From Eubacterium sp. (GTDB lineage Bacteria; Bacillota; Clostridia; Lachnospirales; Lachnospiraceae), in assembly GCA_022764265.1 (NCBI GenBank), contig JALERO010000119.1, forward strand, positions 11,700 to 75,699: a DNA stretch of 64,000 nt, in the 5' to 3' direction. Both the position numbers and the translations under genes were made by a program. Below the pieces are notes generated by a model. It was not told where the DNA came from and ran no database searches. It was given only the letters and a program-made list of their open reading frames with translations. Below, in pieces: positions 39,487 to 50,721 of the stretch (its first letter is position 1; each line of letters starts with the position of its first letter).

Positions 39487-39607
39487 AGGATTTCTCCTTT
39501 CTTACTTATTTTCGTTTAAAGGGGGGCGGGACTAGTGAACATTACTGGCTTATGCTTACTATGAAGTTCACTAGTCCCGACCCCCTATCTATAGGATTTC
39601 TCCTTTC
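39485..39607. repeat. 89-bp palindromic insert flanked by a 17-bp direct repeat
   Basis: ATAGGATTTCTCCTTTC at 39485-39501 and 39591-39607; internal IR GGGCGGGACTAGTGAAC...GTTCACTAGTCCCGACCC. Confidence 0.75.
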
Positions 39608-41909
39608 AAATCAGTGCTTTTTTCAAGACCTGATCCATCTGCTCCACATAAGATATTTTCAGGCCATCGGTAATCTCTTTATCCAATTCCCGGATATTTC
39701 TCTCATTTTGTGCAGGAACCAGAACCTCTTTCATATTGGCTGCCTTGGCTGCCAGAAGTTTCTCTTTCAGACCACCGATCGGGAGAACTCTTCCTCTAAG
39801 AGTAATCTCTCCGGTCATGGCCAGATCTCCACGCACTTTTTTCCCAATCAATGCAGAAAGCATTGCGGTTGCCATGGTGATTCCGGCCGATGGGCCGTCC
39901 TTTGGAACCGCGCCCTCCGGAATGTGAATGTGGATATCATGGGTCTCAAAATAATCTGCCTCAATATCATACTGCTCGGAAATGGATCGGATATAGCTGA
40001 GACCGATCTGTGCAGATTCCTTCATCACATCTCCCATTCGTCCGGTGAGTGCCAGCTTCCCGGTTCCCGGCATCACATTCACTTCTATGGATAAAGTATC
40101 TCCGCCTACACTGGTCCAGGCCAGCCCCCGTACAACACCTACCTGCGGCTTTGTAAACTGATCTTCTTCAGAAAATGGTGCGGTACCCAGCAGACTTTCC
40201 AGAGAATCTACAGTCACCTCCAGCTTATCCTCGCCATCGATGATCTTTCTTGCCGCCTTGCGCATCAATTGTCCGATTTTTCGTTCCAGTTCACGCACGC
40301 CGGCTTCCCTAGTATAAGAACGAATCAACGCATAAATCACATCATCGGGTATCACGATCTGTTTTTTCCCGATTCCGTTTGCTTTCCTCTGTTTATCTAC
40401 CAGATAATTGCGGGCAATATGATATTTTTCATTTTCCGTATAACTGGAAAGCTCTATAATCTCCATACGATCCAGAAGCGGTTTGGAGATCCGCTCCGGT
40501 TCATTGGCCGTTGCGATAAAGAGCACCTCACTCAAATCCAGAGGTACTTCCAGATAATGATCACGGAAGTTGACATTCTGCTCCCCATCCAGTACTTCCA
40601 GCAGAGCCGATGCAGTATCTCCTTTATAATCACTGCTGACCTTATCGATCTCATCCAGAAGCATCAGCGGATTTCTCACACCAGCCTGCCGGATTCCCTC
40701 TGCAATTCGTCCCGGCATTGCGCCGATATAGGTCTTTCTGTGTCCGCGGATTTCTGCCTCATCATGTACTCCCCCGAGGGAAATACGAACATATTTTTTA
40801 TTCAGCGCCCGGGCAATGGATTTGGCTATGGATGTCTTTCCGGTTCCCGGAGGGCCCACCAGACAAAGAATCGGCGTCTCCCCCTTTTTGGTTAATGACC
40901 GTACGGCAAGATAATCCAGTATTCTCTCTTTGATTTTCTCCAGACCATAATGATCTTCTTCCAGAATCTCCATGGCTTTTTTAAGATTTTTATTATCCTT
41001 TGATGCTTTCTTCCACGGCATCTCCAGCATGCTCTCAATATAATTGCGCATCATGATGCTTTCGGAAGCCATAGGAGGGACATTTTTAAACCGGCGGATT
41101 TCTTTGGCAATCTTCTCCTTCACCGTTTTGGATGCATTTAATTTCTCGCATTTCTCCATATATTCATCGGCTTCAGAGACAATATCCTCTTCACCCAGCT
41201 CTTTGCGAATTACCTTCTGCTGTTCCCGTAAAAGATAATCCTTCTGATTCTTATCTACGCTCTTTTTTACCTTCTCTGTAATCTCGTTGCGGATATCACT
41301 GATTTCCGATTCCTCGATGAGAATTCCCATGAGCATCTGAGACTGTACGGTAACATCTCTTTCTTCCAGAAATTCCTGTTTCTTCTCCAGTTCAAAAGGT
41401 AAGTCTGATGCCAATTCATACATAAAAGGAATCAGCTCGCCTTTATCGATCGTATTTTGAAGCTGATTGGATAAGAATCCCGGGTTTTTGTCGATAAAAC
41501 TGTCAAGCAGATCACAGAGTGTACGAAAAATCGCGATTTCTTCCACTCCCTCTGCGGGCAGATGAATCGATTTCACCTCTTCTACCTCAACTTTAACGCA
41601 TGGCTCCTCATCGATATATTTTATAATTTTGGCACGTTCCAGTCCTTCCACAAAGACCCGTAACACACCCTGTCCGGCCTTTACCATCTGCTGAATTTTG
41701 GCCACGGTACCGACCGTGAAGAGATCCTCCTGCTTTGGTTTCTCAATGGCAGGTACCCTTTGATTCACCAAAAATATAGGTTGATCCTTGTTGATTGCTT
41801 CTTCTAAAGCCTTCAGGGACTTTGTTCTGGATACTTCGAAAAATACGGAAGTTCCCGGATAAACCATCTTACCCCGGAGCGCAAGCATTGGAATTGTTGT
41901 ATTCTCCAT
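39606..41909 (-). CDS. lon: ATP-dependent protease La
   Basis: [40 protein letters not shown]. Confidence 0.98.
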   Translation of the reverse strand: MENTTIPMLALRGKMVYPGTSVFFEVSRTKSLKALEEAINKDQPIFLVNQRVPAIEKPKQEDLFTVGTVAKIQQMVKAGQGVLRVFVEGLERAKIIKYIDEEPCVKVEVEEVKSIHLPAEGVEEIAIFRTLCDLLDSFIDKNPGFLSNQLQNTIDKGELIPFMYELASDLPFELEKKQEFLEERDVTVQSQMLMGILIEESEISDIRNEITEKVKKSVDKNQKDYLLREQQKVIRKELGEEDIVSEADEYMEKCEKLNASKTVKEKIAKEIRRFKNVPPMASESIMMRNYIESMLEMPWKKASKDNKNLKKAMEILEEDHYGLEKIKERILDYLAVRSLTKKGETPILCLVGPPGTGKTSIAKSIARALNKKYVRISLGGVHDEAEIRGHRKTYIGAMPGRIAEGIRQAGVRNPLMLLDEIDKVSSDYKGDTASALLEVLDGEQNVNFRDHYLEVPLDLSEVLFIATANEPERISKPLLDRMEIIELSSYTENEKYHIARNYLVDKQRKANGIGKKQIVIPDDVIYALIRSYTREAGVRELERKIGQLMRKAARKIIDGEDKLEVTVDSLESLLGTAPFSEEDQFTKPQVGVVRGLAWTSVGGDTLSIEVNVMPGTGKLALTGRMGDVMKESAQIGLSYIRSISEQYDIEADYFETHDIHIHIPEGAVPKDGPSAGITMATAMLSALIGKKVRGDLAMTGEITLRGRVLPIGGLKEKLLAAKAANMKEVLVPAQNERNIRELDKEITDGLKISYVEQMDQVLKKALI

Positions 41910-42030
41910 AGTATTCCTCCTTTTTTACGGAGTTCTCAAGTCATTAAATACAGAGGATAAAAGGTTCCTCTCTAATGAAAAAGGCTGGCACAACAAATGG
42001 TTCTCACATCTGTCCGTGTCAGCCTGCCTT

Positions 42031-43329
42031 TTACGCTATTTCATTACTGCTTTTCTTTCGCTGTTTTTTTGTAATACTTTTTTTACTTACAGGCTCATCG
42101 TGGAAAGTCAGCAGTGGTTCTGCGGTGCCTTCTACCGCTTCCTTCGTAATGGTACAGGTTGCCACCATCTCATCAGATGGAATGGTGTACATCAGATCCA
42201 GTACAACGGATTCCATAATCGAACGAAGGCCTCTGGCTCCCGTATTCCGATCAATTGCTTTTTTGGCAATTGCCTTCAAAGAGTCTTCGGTAAAAACCAA
42301 CTCTACTCCATCCAGTTCAAAAAGCTTCTGATACTGTTTCACAAGAGCACTCTTCGGCTCTGTGAGAATTCGGATCAGTGCTTCTTCATCCAATGGATCA
42401 AGGGATACATTGACCGGAACACGGCCAATAAATTCCGGAATCAGACCATACTTTACAAAATCCTGCGGAAGAACCTGTTTTAAGAGTTCACCCACATCTT
42501 TTTTATCCCGATTGGCAATCTCTGCCTGAAAACCGATGGATTTCTTTCCGATACGGCTTTCGATAATATTTTCCAAACCGGCAAAAGCACCGCCGCAGAT
42601 AAATTAAATATTTGTCGTATCAATCTGTAAAAACTCCTGATGAGGATGCTTTCTTCCACCCTGAGGGGGTACGGATGCCACGGTTCCTTCCAGGATCTTT
42701 AACAATGCCTGCTGTACTCCCTCGCCGGAAACATCTCTGGTGATAGAAGTATTCTCAGACTTTCTGGTAATCTTGTCAATCTCATCAATGTAGATGATAC
42801 CGGTCTGGGCACGCTCAATGTCATAATCTGCAGCCTGAATGAGTTTCAGAAGAATATTTTCCACATCCTCACCCACATATCCGGCCTCTGTCAACGCTGT
42901 AGCATCTGCAATTGCAAATGGAACGTTCAGCAATCTGGCCAGCGTCTGTGCCAGCAGAGTCTTACCGCAGCCGGTCGGTCCCAGCATGATGATGTTACTT
43001 TTCTGTAATTCTATATCATAGTTCTTATCTGTAAGAATTCGTTTATAATGATTATAAACAGCGACAGATAACACTTTTTTTGCTTCATCCTGTCCGATTA
43101 CATAGTCATCCAGAAATGCTTTCATCTCCATGGGTTTCATGAGATTGATTTCCTGATTATCCTCATTGTAATCCTCAAATTCATCTTCCATGATCTCGGT
43201 GCAAACCTCGATACATTCATCACATATATATACACCCTTTGGTCCGGCCACCAGTTTTCTGACCTGATCCTGGGTTTTATTACAAAATGAACAACGGAAT
43301 TGCTTATTATTATCAGATCGTGTTGCCAT
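42031..43329 (-). pseudogene. clpX: ClpX with an in-frame TAA at 42604-42606 (nonsense mutation or sequencing error)
   Basis: CSFC..ICDEC zinc finger, [15 protein letters not shown]; reads DTTNI*FICGGAF in a single frame where DTTNILFICGGAF is conserved. Confidence 0.85.
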
Positions 43330-43377
43330 TGATTCACCTCTTTTTGCTGCCATTTAAATGGTTACTTAGTTTAGGAA

Positions 43378-43409
43378 AGGTTACCGCAGTATCATTCCTG
43401 CGGTAACCT
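43378..43409 (-). terminator. Hairpin between clpP and clpX
   Basis: AGGTTACCGCAG...CTGCGGTAACCT. Confidence 0.6.
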
Positions 43410-43417
43410 CGTTTCAT

Positions 43418-44002
43418 TTACTGTCTTTTATCTACTACGACATCAATCAAACCATATTCCTTAGCTTCGGCAGCAGTCATATAGTTATCACGTTCCGTAT
43501 CAACCACAATTTTTTCATATGGCTGTCCTGTATTTTCAGCGAGAATACGATTCAGCTTCTCTTTTGTCTTCAAAATGTGTTCCGCAACAATCTCGATTTC
43601 AGTTGCCTGTCCCTGGGCACCACCGGATGGCTGATGTATCATGATCTCAGCGTTTGGTAATGCAAGACGTTTTCCTTTTGTGCCGCCGGCCAGAAGAAAA
43701 GCACCCATGCTGGCTGCCATACCCATACAGATGGTAGACACATCACACTTGATATACTGCATGGTATCATAAATCGCCATACCTGCTGTGACAGATCCAC
43801 CCGGGCTCATGATATACAGATTGATATCCTTCTCCGGATCTTCTGCCTCCAGAAACAGCATCTGGGAAACCACCAGACTTGCTGTCACATCGTTTACTTC
43901 TTCTCCCAGAATAATAATTCTGTCTTTTAACAAACGGGAATAAATATCATAAGATCTCTCCCCGTGACTTGTCTGTTCTACGACATAAGGTACTAAACTC
44001 AT
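43418..44002 (-). CDS. clpP: Clp protease proteolytic subunit
   Basis: [25 protein letters not shown]. Confidence 0.98.
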   Translation of the reverse strand: MSLVPYVVEQTSHGERSYDIYSRLLKDRIIILGEEVNDVTASLVVSQMLFLEAEDPEKDINLYIMSPGGSVTAGMAIYDTMQYIKCDVSTICMGMAASMGAFLLAGGTKGKRLALPNAEIMIHQPSGGAQGQATEIEIVAEHILKTKEKLNRILAENTGQPYEKIVVDTERDNYMTAAEAKEYGLIDVVVDKRQ

Positions 44003-44092
44003 ATTTTCCTCCAGTTCTACAAGATTCTACAGGAAACTGAATGAATATTTTGATTTTAACATCGTTTGTTAAAAATTACTTCATAATGATAT

Positions 44093-45415
44093 TTATTCAG
44101 CTTCAAAATCAAGTTCGTCAGATGCTTCTGTTACTTTTGCTTCTGCTGCAAGGAATTCCACTGCTTTCTGAATAGCAATATCTTTTTTCATATTTTCTTT
44201 CTGTTCATCCTGGATGAAGGAAGCAATCTGTTCTACATCCATCTGATACATGGAAGCCATTTTTTCCATTTCTTTGTTCAGGTCTTCATCAGTTGCTTCG
44301 ATATTCTCTGCTGCAACGATGGCTTCCAGTACAAGGCTGCTCTGGATTCTCTTCACTGCTTCCGGTCTCATGGATTCCTGGAAAGCTTCCGGATTCTGTC
44401 CAGTGAACTGTAAATACTGTTCAAAGGAAATACCCTGATAAGTTACTCTCTGTTTGAATTCATCGATCATCTGCTCAACCTGAGAATCGATCATTGCATC
44501 CGGAATGTCCATGGCAGCACCTTCCACTGCTTTTTCAACCAGTACATTTTCCATCTCAGATTTTGCGCGTTCTTCTTTGGATTGTTCTAATTTTGCTCTC
44601 ACATCAGCTTTGTATTCTTCAAGAGAATCAAACTCTGTTGTATCCTGTGCAAAATCGTCATCGATTTCCGGAAGCTGTTTCTCTGTGATGCCGAGAACCT
44701 TCACATGGAAAGATGCAGGTTTTCCTGCCAGATCCGGTGCATGGTACTCTTCAGGGAAAGTAACTTCCACATCTTTTTCATCACCGATGTTCAGACCAAC
44801 TAACTGGTCTTCAAATGTATCAATGAAGGAATGGGAACCGATCTCCAGCTTCTGGCTGGTAGCTGTTCCGCCATCAAATGGAACACCATCAATTGTTCCG
44901 GCATAATCCAGAGTGATAACATCGCCTTCTTTTACCGGTCTGTCTTCTACAGTGATCTCTCTTGCGTTCTGTTCCTGTGCTTTCTTCAGTTCTGCTTCCA
45001 CTTCTTCATCTGTAACTTCTACAGATTCTTTCTGAACTTCAAGACCTTTGTACTGTCCTAAAGTTACTTCCGGCTTAATTGCAACGGTAGCTGTGAAGAT
45101 AAAGCTTTCACCTTTACCGATTTTTGTCACATCGATTTCAGGGCGGGAAACAACATCGATTCCTGTCTCGTCAAGAGCGTCTGCGTATGCCTTCGGCATA
45201 ATGTCATTGGCAGCATCTTCATAGAATACACCTGCTCCGTAAGTCTTTTCGATGACATTCATCGGAACTTTTCCTTTACGGAATCCCGGCAGATTAAAAG
45301 AAGATTTCTTTTTATTATATGCTCTTTTTGTTGCGGCATCAAACTCTGCGGCTTCCACTTCGATGGTTAATTTCGCCATATTATGTTCTAATTTTTCAAC
45401 CTGTACACTCATCAC
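44093..45415 (-). CDS. tig: Trigger factor
   Basis: PGFRKGKVP; FKBP domain (FIDTFEDQL, VTFPEEYHA). Confidence 0.97.
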   Translation of the reverse strand: MMSVQVEKLEHNMAKLTIEVEAAEFDAATKRAYNKKKSSFNLPGFRKGKVPMNVIEKTYGAGVFYEDAANDIMPKAYADALDETGIDVVSRPEIDVTKIGKGESFIFTATVAIKPEVTLGQYKGLEVQKESVEVTDEEVEAELKKAQEQNAREITVEDRPVKEGDVITLDYAGTIDGVPFDGGTATSQKLEIGSHSFIDTFEDQLVGLNIGDEKDVEVTFPEEYHAPDLAGKPASFHVKVLGITEKQLPEIDDDFAQDTTEFDSLEEYKADVRAKLEQSKEERAKSEMENVLVEKAVEGAAMDIPDAMIDSQVEQMIDEFKQRVTYQGISFEQYLQFTGQNPEAFQESMRPEAVKRIQSSLVLEAIVAAENIEATDEDLNKEMEKMASMYQMDVEQIASFIQDEQKENMKKDIAIQKAVEFLAAEAKVTEASDELDFEAE

Positions 45416-45472
45416 GTATCCTCCTTGATAATATGTTCCTTATTTTAACTGAATCAGGCCAATTATTTTCCC

Positions 45473-45517
45473 AATTCAAGAACACCTGCAGGCATTCTTG
45501 CAGCGCCATGCGCGTCA
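45473..45517. repeat. Degenerate copy of the 13987 repeat
   Basis: AATTCAAGAACACCTGCAGGCATTCTTGCAGCGCCATGCGCGTCA versus AATTCAAGAACGCCTCGGCGTTCTTGCTGCGAGATGCGCGTCA. Confidence 0.6.
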
Positions 45518-45618
45518 GTTTTGTTTTTCTAATTTAGATGAAAACACATTTTAGTATTATAGCATGAGAAAGAAAAGCTGTCCATACTATTTTTCCGGAT
45601 TATTTAAAAAGAAACCAG

Positions 45619-45673
45619 AAAAGAGGCCGCAGCCCCGATGAAAATTTCATCTTTTTGTTCTGCGGCCCTTTTA
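45619..45673 (-). terminator. Terminator after the SASP gene
   Basis: AAAAGAGGCCGCAG...CTGCGGCCCTTTT. Confidence 0.6.
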
Positions 45674-45710
45674 TGACTGTCAAGCTGAAGTCACATCGAT
45701 TTTTTAACGA

Positions 45711-45932
45711 TTATTCGCTTCTTCCAGCCATTTCCTCTTCCTGTCTTTTGATCATCTTACGAACCATCTCACCACCGATGGATCCTGCTTCTTTCGCAGT
45801 GATATCTCCGTTGTATCCCGGTTTTAAATCTACTCCAAGTTCGCTTGCAACTTCCATTTTGAAACGGTCCATTGCATCTCTAGCTTCTGGTACTTCCACC
45901 TGATTTGATCCTGAACTTTTGTTGCTTGCCAT
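45711..45932 (-). CDS. Alpha/beta-type small acid-soluble spore protein
   Basis: KMEVASELGV..GYNGDIT..AGSIGGEMV; start taken at MASNK after GGAGG. Confidence 0.93.
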   Translation of the reverse strand: MASNKSSGSNQVEVPEARDAMDRFKMEVASELGVDLKPGYNGDITAKEAGSIGGEMVRKMIKRQEEEMAGRSE

Positions 45933-46115
45933 TGGTTTTACCTCCATAAATCAAAGCATCCGGATGGCTTTTTCCTTTATAATAGTTACAGTATATTTTA
46001 TCGGTATGACTTTCTGTGGGAAAGTCATCAAAAGCTTTTGTTTACCGTAATCCTATTATCTGCAATCTCAGGACAAATATAATGGAAATGTTTGTATTCA
46101 TTTTTAAAAATTATT

Positions 46116-46769
46116 TTATTGTATCATTTCGAAAATTTCTGACGGATGGCTGACAAACACATTGGCACCTTTCTCTTCCAGCAGGCTTTTTTCCCGAAAT
46201 CCCCATTCACATAAAATGTAATCCATTCCACAATTTCTTGCTGTTTCCAGATCCACCTCGGAATCCCCGACATAAACCGCTTCTTCTCGTCTGCTTCCCA
46301 ACTCATTTAAAGCTTCAAAAACAGTGTCCGGCGCCGGTTTTTTGCGGATTCCTTCACTTTCCTTCTCGCCAATGGCAACGGGAATGATGCCATGAAAATA
46401 TATATCACTCAATTCTTTTACAGCAAAATCTGCCTTGTTTGACACAATTGCCATTTTAATTCCATTTTCTTTTAATTTTTGTAACAATTCCATGATACCA
46501 TCATAGGGTTTTGTCAGATCATTACAATGAACCCCATAATGTTCTTTGAACAGGGAAAATGCCTTATCGAAATCCGAATCATCATGACCGGACGGCAATG
46601 CGCGCTCCATCAACAGCTGGATACCATTTCCAACAAAACGTCTGACTTCCTCCTTTGTCCGCGGTGGATTTCCGGTCATTTCCAAGGCATAATTCACACT
46701 GTTTTTTAAATCATCTAATGTATCCAGCAATGTACCATCCAGATCAAATACTACTGTCGTTTTCTTCAT
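46116..46769 (-). CDS. HAD-family hydrolase (phosphoglycolate phosphatase-like)
   Basis: FDLDGTL, VSNK, KKPAPD, YVGDSEVD. Confidence 0.92.
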   Translation of the reverse strand: MKKTTVVFDLDGTLLDTLDDLKNSVNYALEMTGNPPRTKEEVRRFVGNGIQLLMERALPSGHDDSDFDKAFSLFKEHYGVHCNDLTKPYDGIMELLQKLKENGIKMAIVSNKADFAVKELSDIYFHGIIPVAIGEKESEGIRKKPAPDTVFEALNELGSRREEAVYVGDSEVDLETARNCGMDYILCEWGFREKSLLEEKGANVFVSHPSEIFEMIQ

Positions 46770-46811
46770 GTCTTCCTCCGATGCTATTCCTTTGTTAGTC
46801 CTGTTTTCATT

Positions 46812-47828
46812 TTATCTTCTGATCATTTTTCTATTGATGCTCTTCAGATCTCTGGCTCCACACATAGCCATGGTATCCTTCAATTCCGCTGCCAGCTTTT
46901 CAATGTAGAGACGAACACCTTCCTCCTGGCCTCCGTACACGGCCTGAACAAATGGCCGTGCAATAAGCACCCCGTCTGCTCCCATCGCCAGTGCTTTAAA
47001 TACATCAATACCGGTCCGTATACCACCATCTACAAGGATCTTCATTCTTCCTTCATTCCAGTCAACGATTTCTTCCAGCACCTCTGCGGTTGATGGTGTC
47101 TGATCGAGAACTCTTCCACCATGATTGGAGACCACGATGGCAGATGCCCCTGCCTCATAAGCTTTTTTGGCTCCTTTCACCGTCATAATTCCTTTTACAA
47201 TGAACGGAAGCTCCGCATCACTGATAATCAGTGATAACTCTTCCACCGTCTTACTGCCTGCCGGCGGTGTCATATTTTTTAAAAACGGCAGACCTGCCGC
47301 ATCAATATCCATGGCAACCATAGCGGCTCCACTGTCTGCAACCAGCTCCATTTTCTCCTGAATGGTCTCCGGATTCCACGGTTTCACCGTAGGGATTCCC
47401 CTACCCTGATTCTCCTGAATGGCGCGTGTTGCCGCTTCAAAGACTGCCGGATTTGTTCCGTCTCCTGTAAATGCAGCGATTCCATTTTCCGCACAGGCAG
47501 AAACCAGAATCTTATTATAGGCTTCGTCATCATATTTATCTCCATAGTGAAGCTTCATCGCTCCCACGGGTCCGGCAAAAAACGGATAGGCAAATTCCTG
47601 TCCAAAAAGTTTCAATCGGGTATCCGGCTCCACATTCTCACAGATGGTATCCATATTTATCCGGACTTTCTGCCACTGTTCATAATTTCGGATTGCCACA
47701 TCTCCAATCCCTTTAGCTCCCGGTCCCGGAATCTGATTTTTACAGGTACGTCCGTTGCAAACCGGACATGCTTTACAATATGGTCCGAGATTCTCTCTTG
47801 CCTGTTCCATTACTTCTTTATATGTCAT
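46812..47828 (-). CDS. FMN-dependent alpha-hydroxy-acid oxidase/dehydrogenase
   Basis: CKACPVCNG, VKGIM, VSNHGGR, DGGIRTG. Confidence 0.92.
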   Translation of the reverse strand: MTYKEVMEQARENLGPYCKACPVCNGRTCKNQIPGPGAKGIGDVAIRNYEQWQKVRINMDTICENVEPDTRLKLFGQEFAYPFFAGPVGAMKLHYGDKYDDEAYNKILVSACAENGIAAFTGDGTNPAVFEAATRAIQENQGRGIPTVKPWNPETIQEKMELVADSGAAMVAMDIDAAGLPFLKNMTPPAGSKTVEELSLIISDAELPFIVKGIMTVKGAKKAYEAGASAIVVSNHGGRVLDQTPSTAEVLEEIVDWNEGRMKILVDGGIRTGIDVFKALAMGADGVLIARPFVQAVYGGQEEGVRLYIEKLAAELKDTMAMCGARDLKSINRKMIRR

Positions 47829-48056
47829 TGTCTTCCCTCCCGTAAAAATTTATTCATTTGTAACTGTTCAGAGCCAAACAGATTTATCAAAAAAAGAGTG
47901 ATGAATGCTTGCATTCAAGAACAGTTACATTCATTTTTATTATAACGAGTTATGACTGTAACGTCAAATGTTGCCTGTTGTTTATAACTAACGAAAAAGG
48001 ACGAGATTGCTTTCACAGAATCACGCCCTTTTATCATTTATCAAGATTATTTGAGT

Positions 48057-49598
48057 TTAATTTTCTTTAAAATTCTTATAAGCTTCAAACTCATCCAGAA
48101 TAGCCTGCTCCGGTGCCTTTGTGATAAGACTAACCACAATAATGAACACAAGGCTTACAATGAAGCCAACTAACAGGGAATATAATCCTGTTGCTGCTCC
48201 GATTGTCTGTCCGCCCATAATTGGCAGATAATCCCAGATCAGAACCGTCGCTGCTCCGGAGACCAGACCGGCGATAGCTCCCTGAAGATTGGTTCTCTTC
48301 CAGAACAAGCTCATGACCACCAGTGGTCCAAAGGCAGAACCGAGGCCGGCCCAGGCATCAGATACCAGCGCCATGATGGAACTGTCCGGATTCCATGCGA
48401 TAAAAATAGCAAGGACAGCAACCACAATTGTTACCAGACGGCCGATTTTCAATACTTTTTCATCGGATGCATCCGGATTCAGGATATCTTTATAGATATC
48501 CGCAGATACGGAAGATGAACAAACCAGAAGCTGAGAATCTGCCGTTGACATGATGGCTGCAAGAATACCGCAGAGGAACAGACCTCCCACAAACGGAAGT
48601 GGAAGAATTTCCATGAAAACCTTTTTGATCATCTCAATAAATACAGACTCTGTGGAAGGTGCTCCGGCAGTCTCTCCTAAAATCTCAGGTAATAAGAATG
48701 CACGTCCCACCAGACCAATCACAACTGCAAGGGTCAGAGAAATCACTACCCATGTAATGGCAATGGCAGAGGATTTCTTTAATTCTTTTTCATTTTTAAT
48801 TGCCATGAAACGAACCAGAATATGTGGCATACCACAATAACCAAGTCCCCAGGCCAGATTGGAGAGGATCTCCACAAGGGTAATCGGGTGATCTCCATTA
48901 TATGTAAGACTCAGATAATGGGCTGAATTCACACCTGTCTGTGCCAGCATATCGGAAAAAGATCCACTTACATACCCCCAGGCAATGATCGGTACAACCA
49001 GCAGAGCGATGAGCATCATAGACCCCTGAATAAAGTCGGTGGTACAAACAGCAAGAAAGCCTCCCATAAAGGTATAAACTAAAATAACCGCCGCTCCGAT
49101 CAGCAGTGCCACATGATAATCAATGCCGAATACGGTATTAAATAACTTTCCTCCGGAAGCCAGCGCGGAAGCCGTGTAAACCAGAAAGAAAATCACGATG
49201 ATAGCAGAAGAAATTCCCAGAAGAATCTTTTTATCATCATGGTAACGGTTTCCGAAAAATTCCGGTAATGTCATGGAATTGTTGGCAACGATTGTATAAG
49301 AACGAAGAGGTCGGGCAATGACCAGCCAGTTGATTATAGTACCGAGTCCCAGACCAACGGCAATCCATGCCTGTCCGGTTCCCAATGCATAAACAGAACC
49401 AGGAAGTCCCATCAGCAGCCATCCGCTCATATCCGATGCCTGTGCCGATAAAGCAGCCACAGGGCCGGAAAGTCCTCTTCCTCCCAAAAAATAATCATCA
49501 GCGCCCGTTGTCTTTTTCATGGACCAGACGCCAATGAAAACCATAAACAAAAGATACGCCGCAAATGCAATTAAAATTGCAATTGTTGTCATAGACAT
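48057..49598 (-). CDS. putP: Sodium/proline symporter
   Basis: DYFLGGR, ASDMSGWLLMGLPG, GMPHILVRFM, LAAIMSTADSQLL. Confidence 0.92.
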   Translation of the reverse strand: MSMTTIAILIAFAAYLLFMVFIGVWSMKKTTGADDYFLGGRGLSGPVAALSAQASDMSGWLLMGLPGSVYALGTGQAWIAVGLGLGTIINWLVIARPLRSYTIVANNSMTLPEFFGNRYHDDKKILLGISSAIIVIFFLVYTASALASGGKLFNTVFGIDYHVALLIGAAVILVYTFMGGFLAVCTTDFIQGSMMLIALLVVPIIAWGYVSGSFSDMLAQTGVNSAHYLSLTYNGDHPITLVEILSNLAWGLGYCGMPHILVRFMAIKNEKELKKSSAIAITWVVISLTLAVVIGLVGRAFLLPEILGETAGAPSTESVFIEMIKKVFMEILPLPFVGGLFLCGILAAIMSTADSQLLVCSSSVSADIYKDILNPDASDEKVLKIGRLVTIVVAVLAIFIAWNPDSSIMALVSDAWAGLGSAFGPLVVMSLFWKRTNLQGAIAGLVSGAATVLIWDYLPIMGGQTIGAATGLYSLLVGFIVSLVFIIVVSLITKAPEQAILDEFEAYKNFKEN

Positions 49599-49758
49599 AA
49601 CTTTTTCCTCCTATTGTTTTTTGTTACTTTTTTCTTGATTTAAACTATAAAATTAATTATACTAGAATTTATTCACACGTAAAGCGACAAATCTTCATGT
49701 TAATTTCTTAATATATGACAATCTTTCATACCGGTTGTCAGAGTAAAGTGAGGTACTT

Positions 49759-50634
49759 ATGGACCTGAATCGATATATCATATTTCTTGAAGTGGCCAAA
49801 CAACAGAATCTTTCCAAGGCAGCTGAAGTACTGGGATACACGCAGTCAGGCATCAGTCACACCATCAAGCGTCTGGAAAAAGAAATGAATCTCAACCTTT
49901 TTTACCGTAATCGCAACGGTGCATTTCTAACCGCAGCAGGGAAGGAAGTGTACCCTTACATTTCCCAGATGGTACAGTGTCAGGAGAACCTGAATCAGAC
50001 AATTCTCTCTCTCCACAATCTTCATCAGGGTACTCTGAATATCGGGACTTACTCCAGTATTTCCCGCCAGTGGCTGCCCCACATCATCCACCAGTTTAAA
50101 AATGACTTTCCTTCCATCAAAATTCATTTTAAAGAAGGCGGAAATGAAGACATCATCCACTGGATTGAAAATCATGAGGTGGATCTGGGCTTTTTAAGTT
50201 CCTGTTTTAACGAAGATTTTGAATGGATCCCTCTCACTGAGGATCCGCTTCTAGCAGTACTTCCCCCGGATTATATGCCTTCCGATACATCAGTGTATCC
50301 TCTCGAATCCTTCAATGGCAAGACTTTTATTATCTCTGCCCTCGGTACAGATATCGATGTCCACCGCACTCTGGATGCCTATGAAATCGAGCCGGATATC
50401 CAATACTCAGCCAAGGACGACTCCACCATCATCTCCATGGTAGCCTGTAACCTCGGAATCAGCATCCTGCCAAAGCTTGTGCTGGATCACTACGATGCTT
50501 CCGTGGTTACACTGCCTCTGGAACCTTATGCCACAAGGGAGCTGGGAATCGCCCTTTCTTCCCGGAAAATGGCATCCCCCGCCACCTTGAAATTCATCGA
50601 ATACACAAAAGCCTACATCCGACAGAACCGATGA
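49759..50634 (+). CDS. LysR-family transcriptional regulator
   Basis: N-terminal HTH SKAAEVLGYTQSGISHTIKRLE; divergent from putP. Confidence 0.95.
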   Translation: MDLNRYIIFLEVAKQQNLSKAAEVLGYTQSGISHTIKRLEKEMNLNLFYRNRNGAFLTAAGKEVYPYISQMVQCQENLNQTILSLHNLHQGTLNIGTYSSISRQWLPHIIHQFKNDFPSIKIHFKEGGNEDIIHWIENHEVDLGFLSSCFNEDFEWIPLTEDPLLAVLPPDYMPSDTSVYPLESFNGKTFIISALGTDIDVHRTLDAYEIEPDIQYSAKDDSTIISMVACNLGISILPKLVLDHYDASVVTLPLEPYATRELGIALSSRKMASPATLKFIEYTKAYIRQNR

Positions 50635-50656
50635 ATAAAGAGCTTGACTGTCATCC

Positions 50657-50721
50657 AATTCAAGAAAGCCTCGGCGTTCTTGCTGCGCGCTTGAAGTGGG
50701 GGACTTCTTCTGAAATGTTAA
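50657..50721. repeat. Internally deleted copy of the 13987 repeat
   Basis: 5' hairpin joined through CTGCG to CGCTTGAAGTGGGGGACTTCTTCTGAAATGTTAA (matches 14146-14184). Confidence 0.85.

Noticed and set aside
42031-43353. Programmed frameshift or two separate genes in clpX
   Set aside because: Both parts are in the same frame, separated by one stop codon; no slippery site or second RBS is evident
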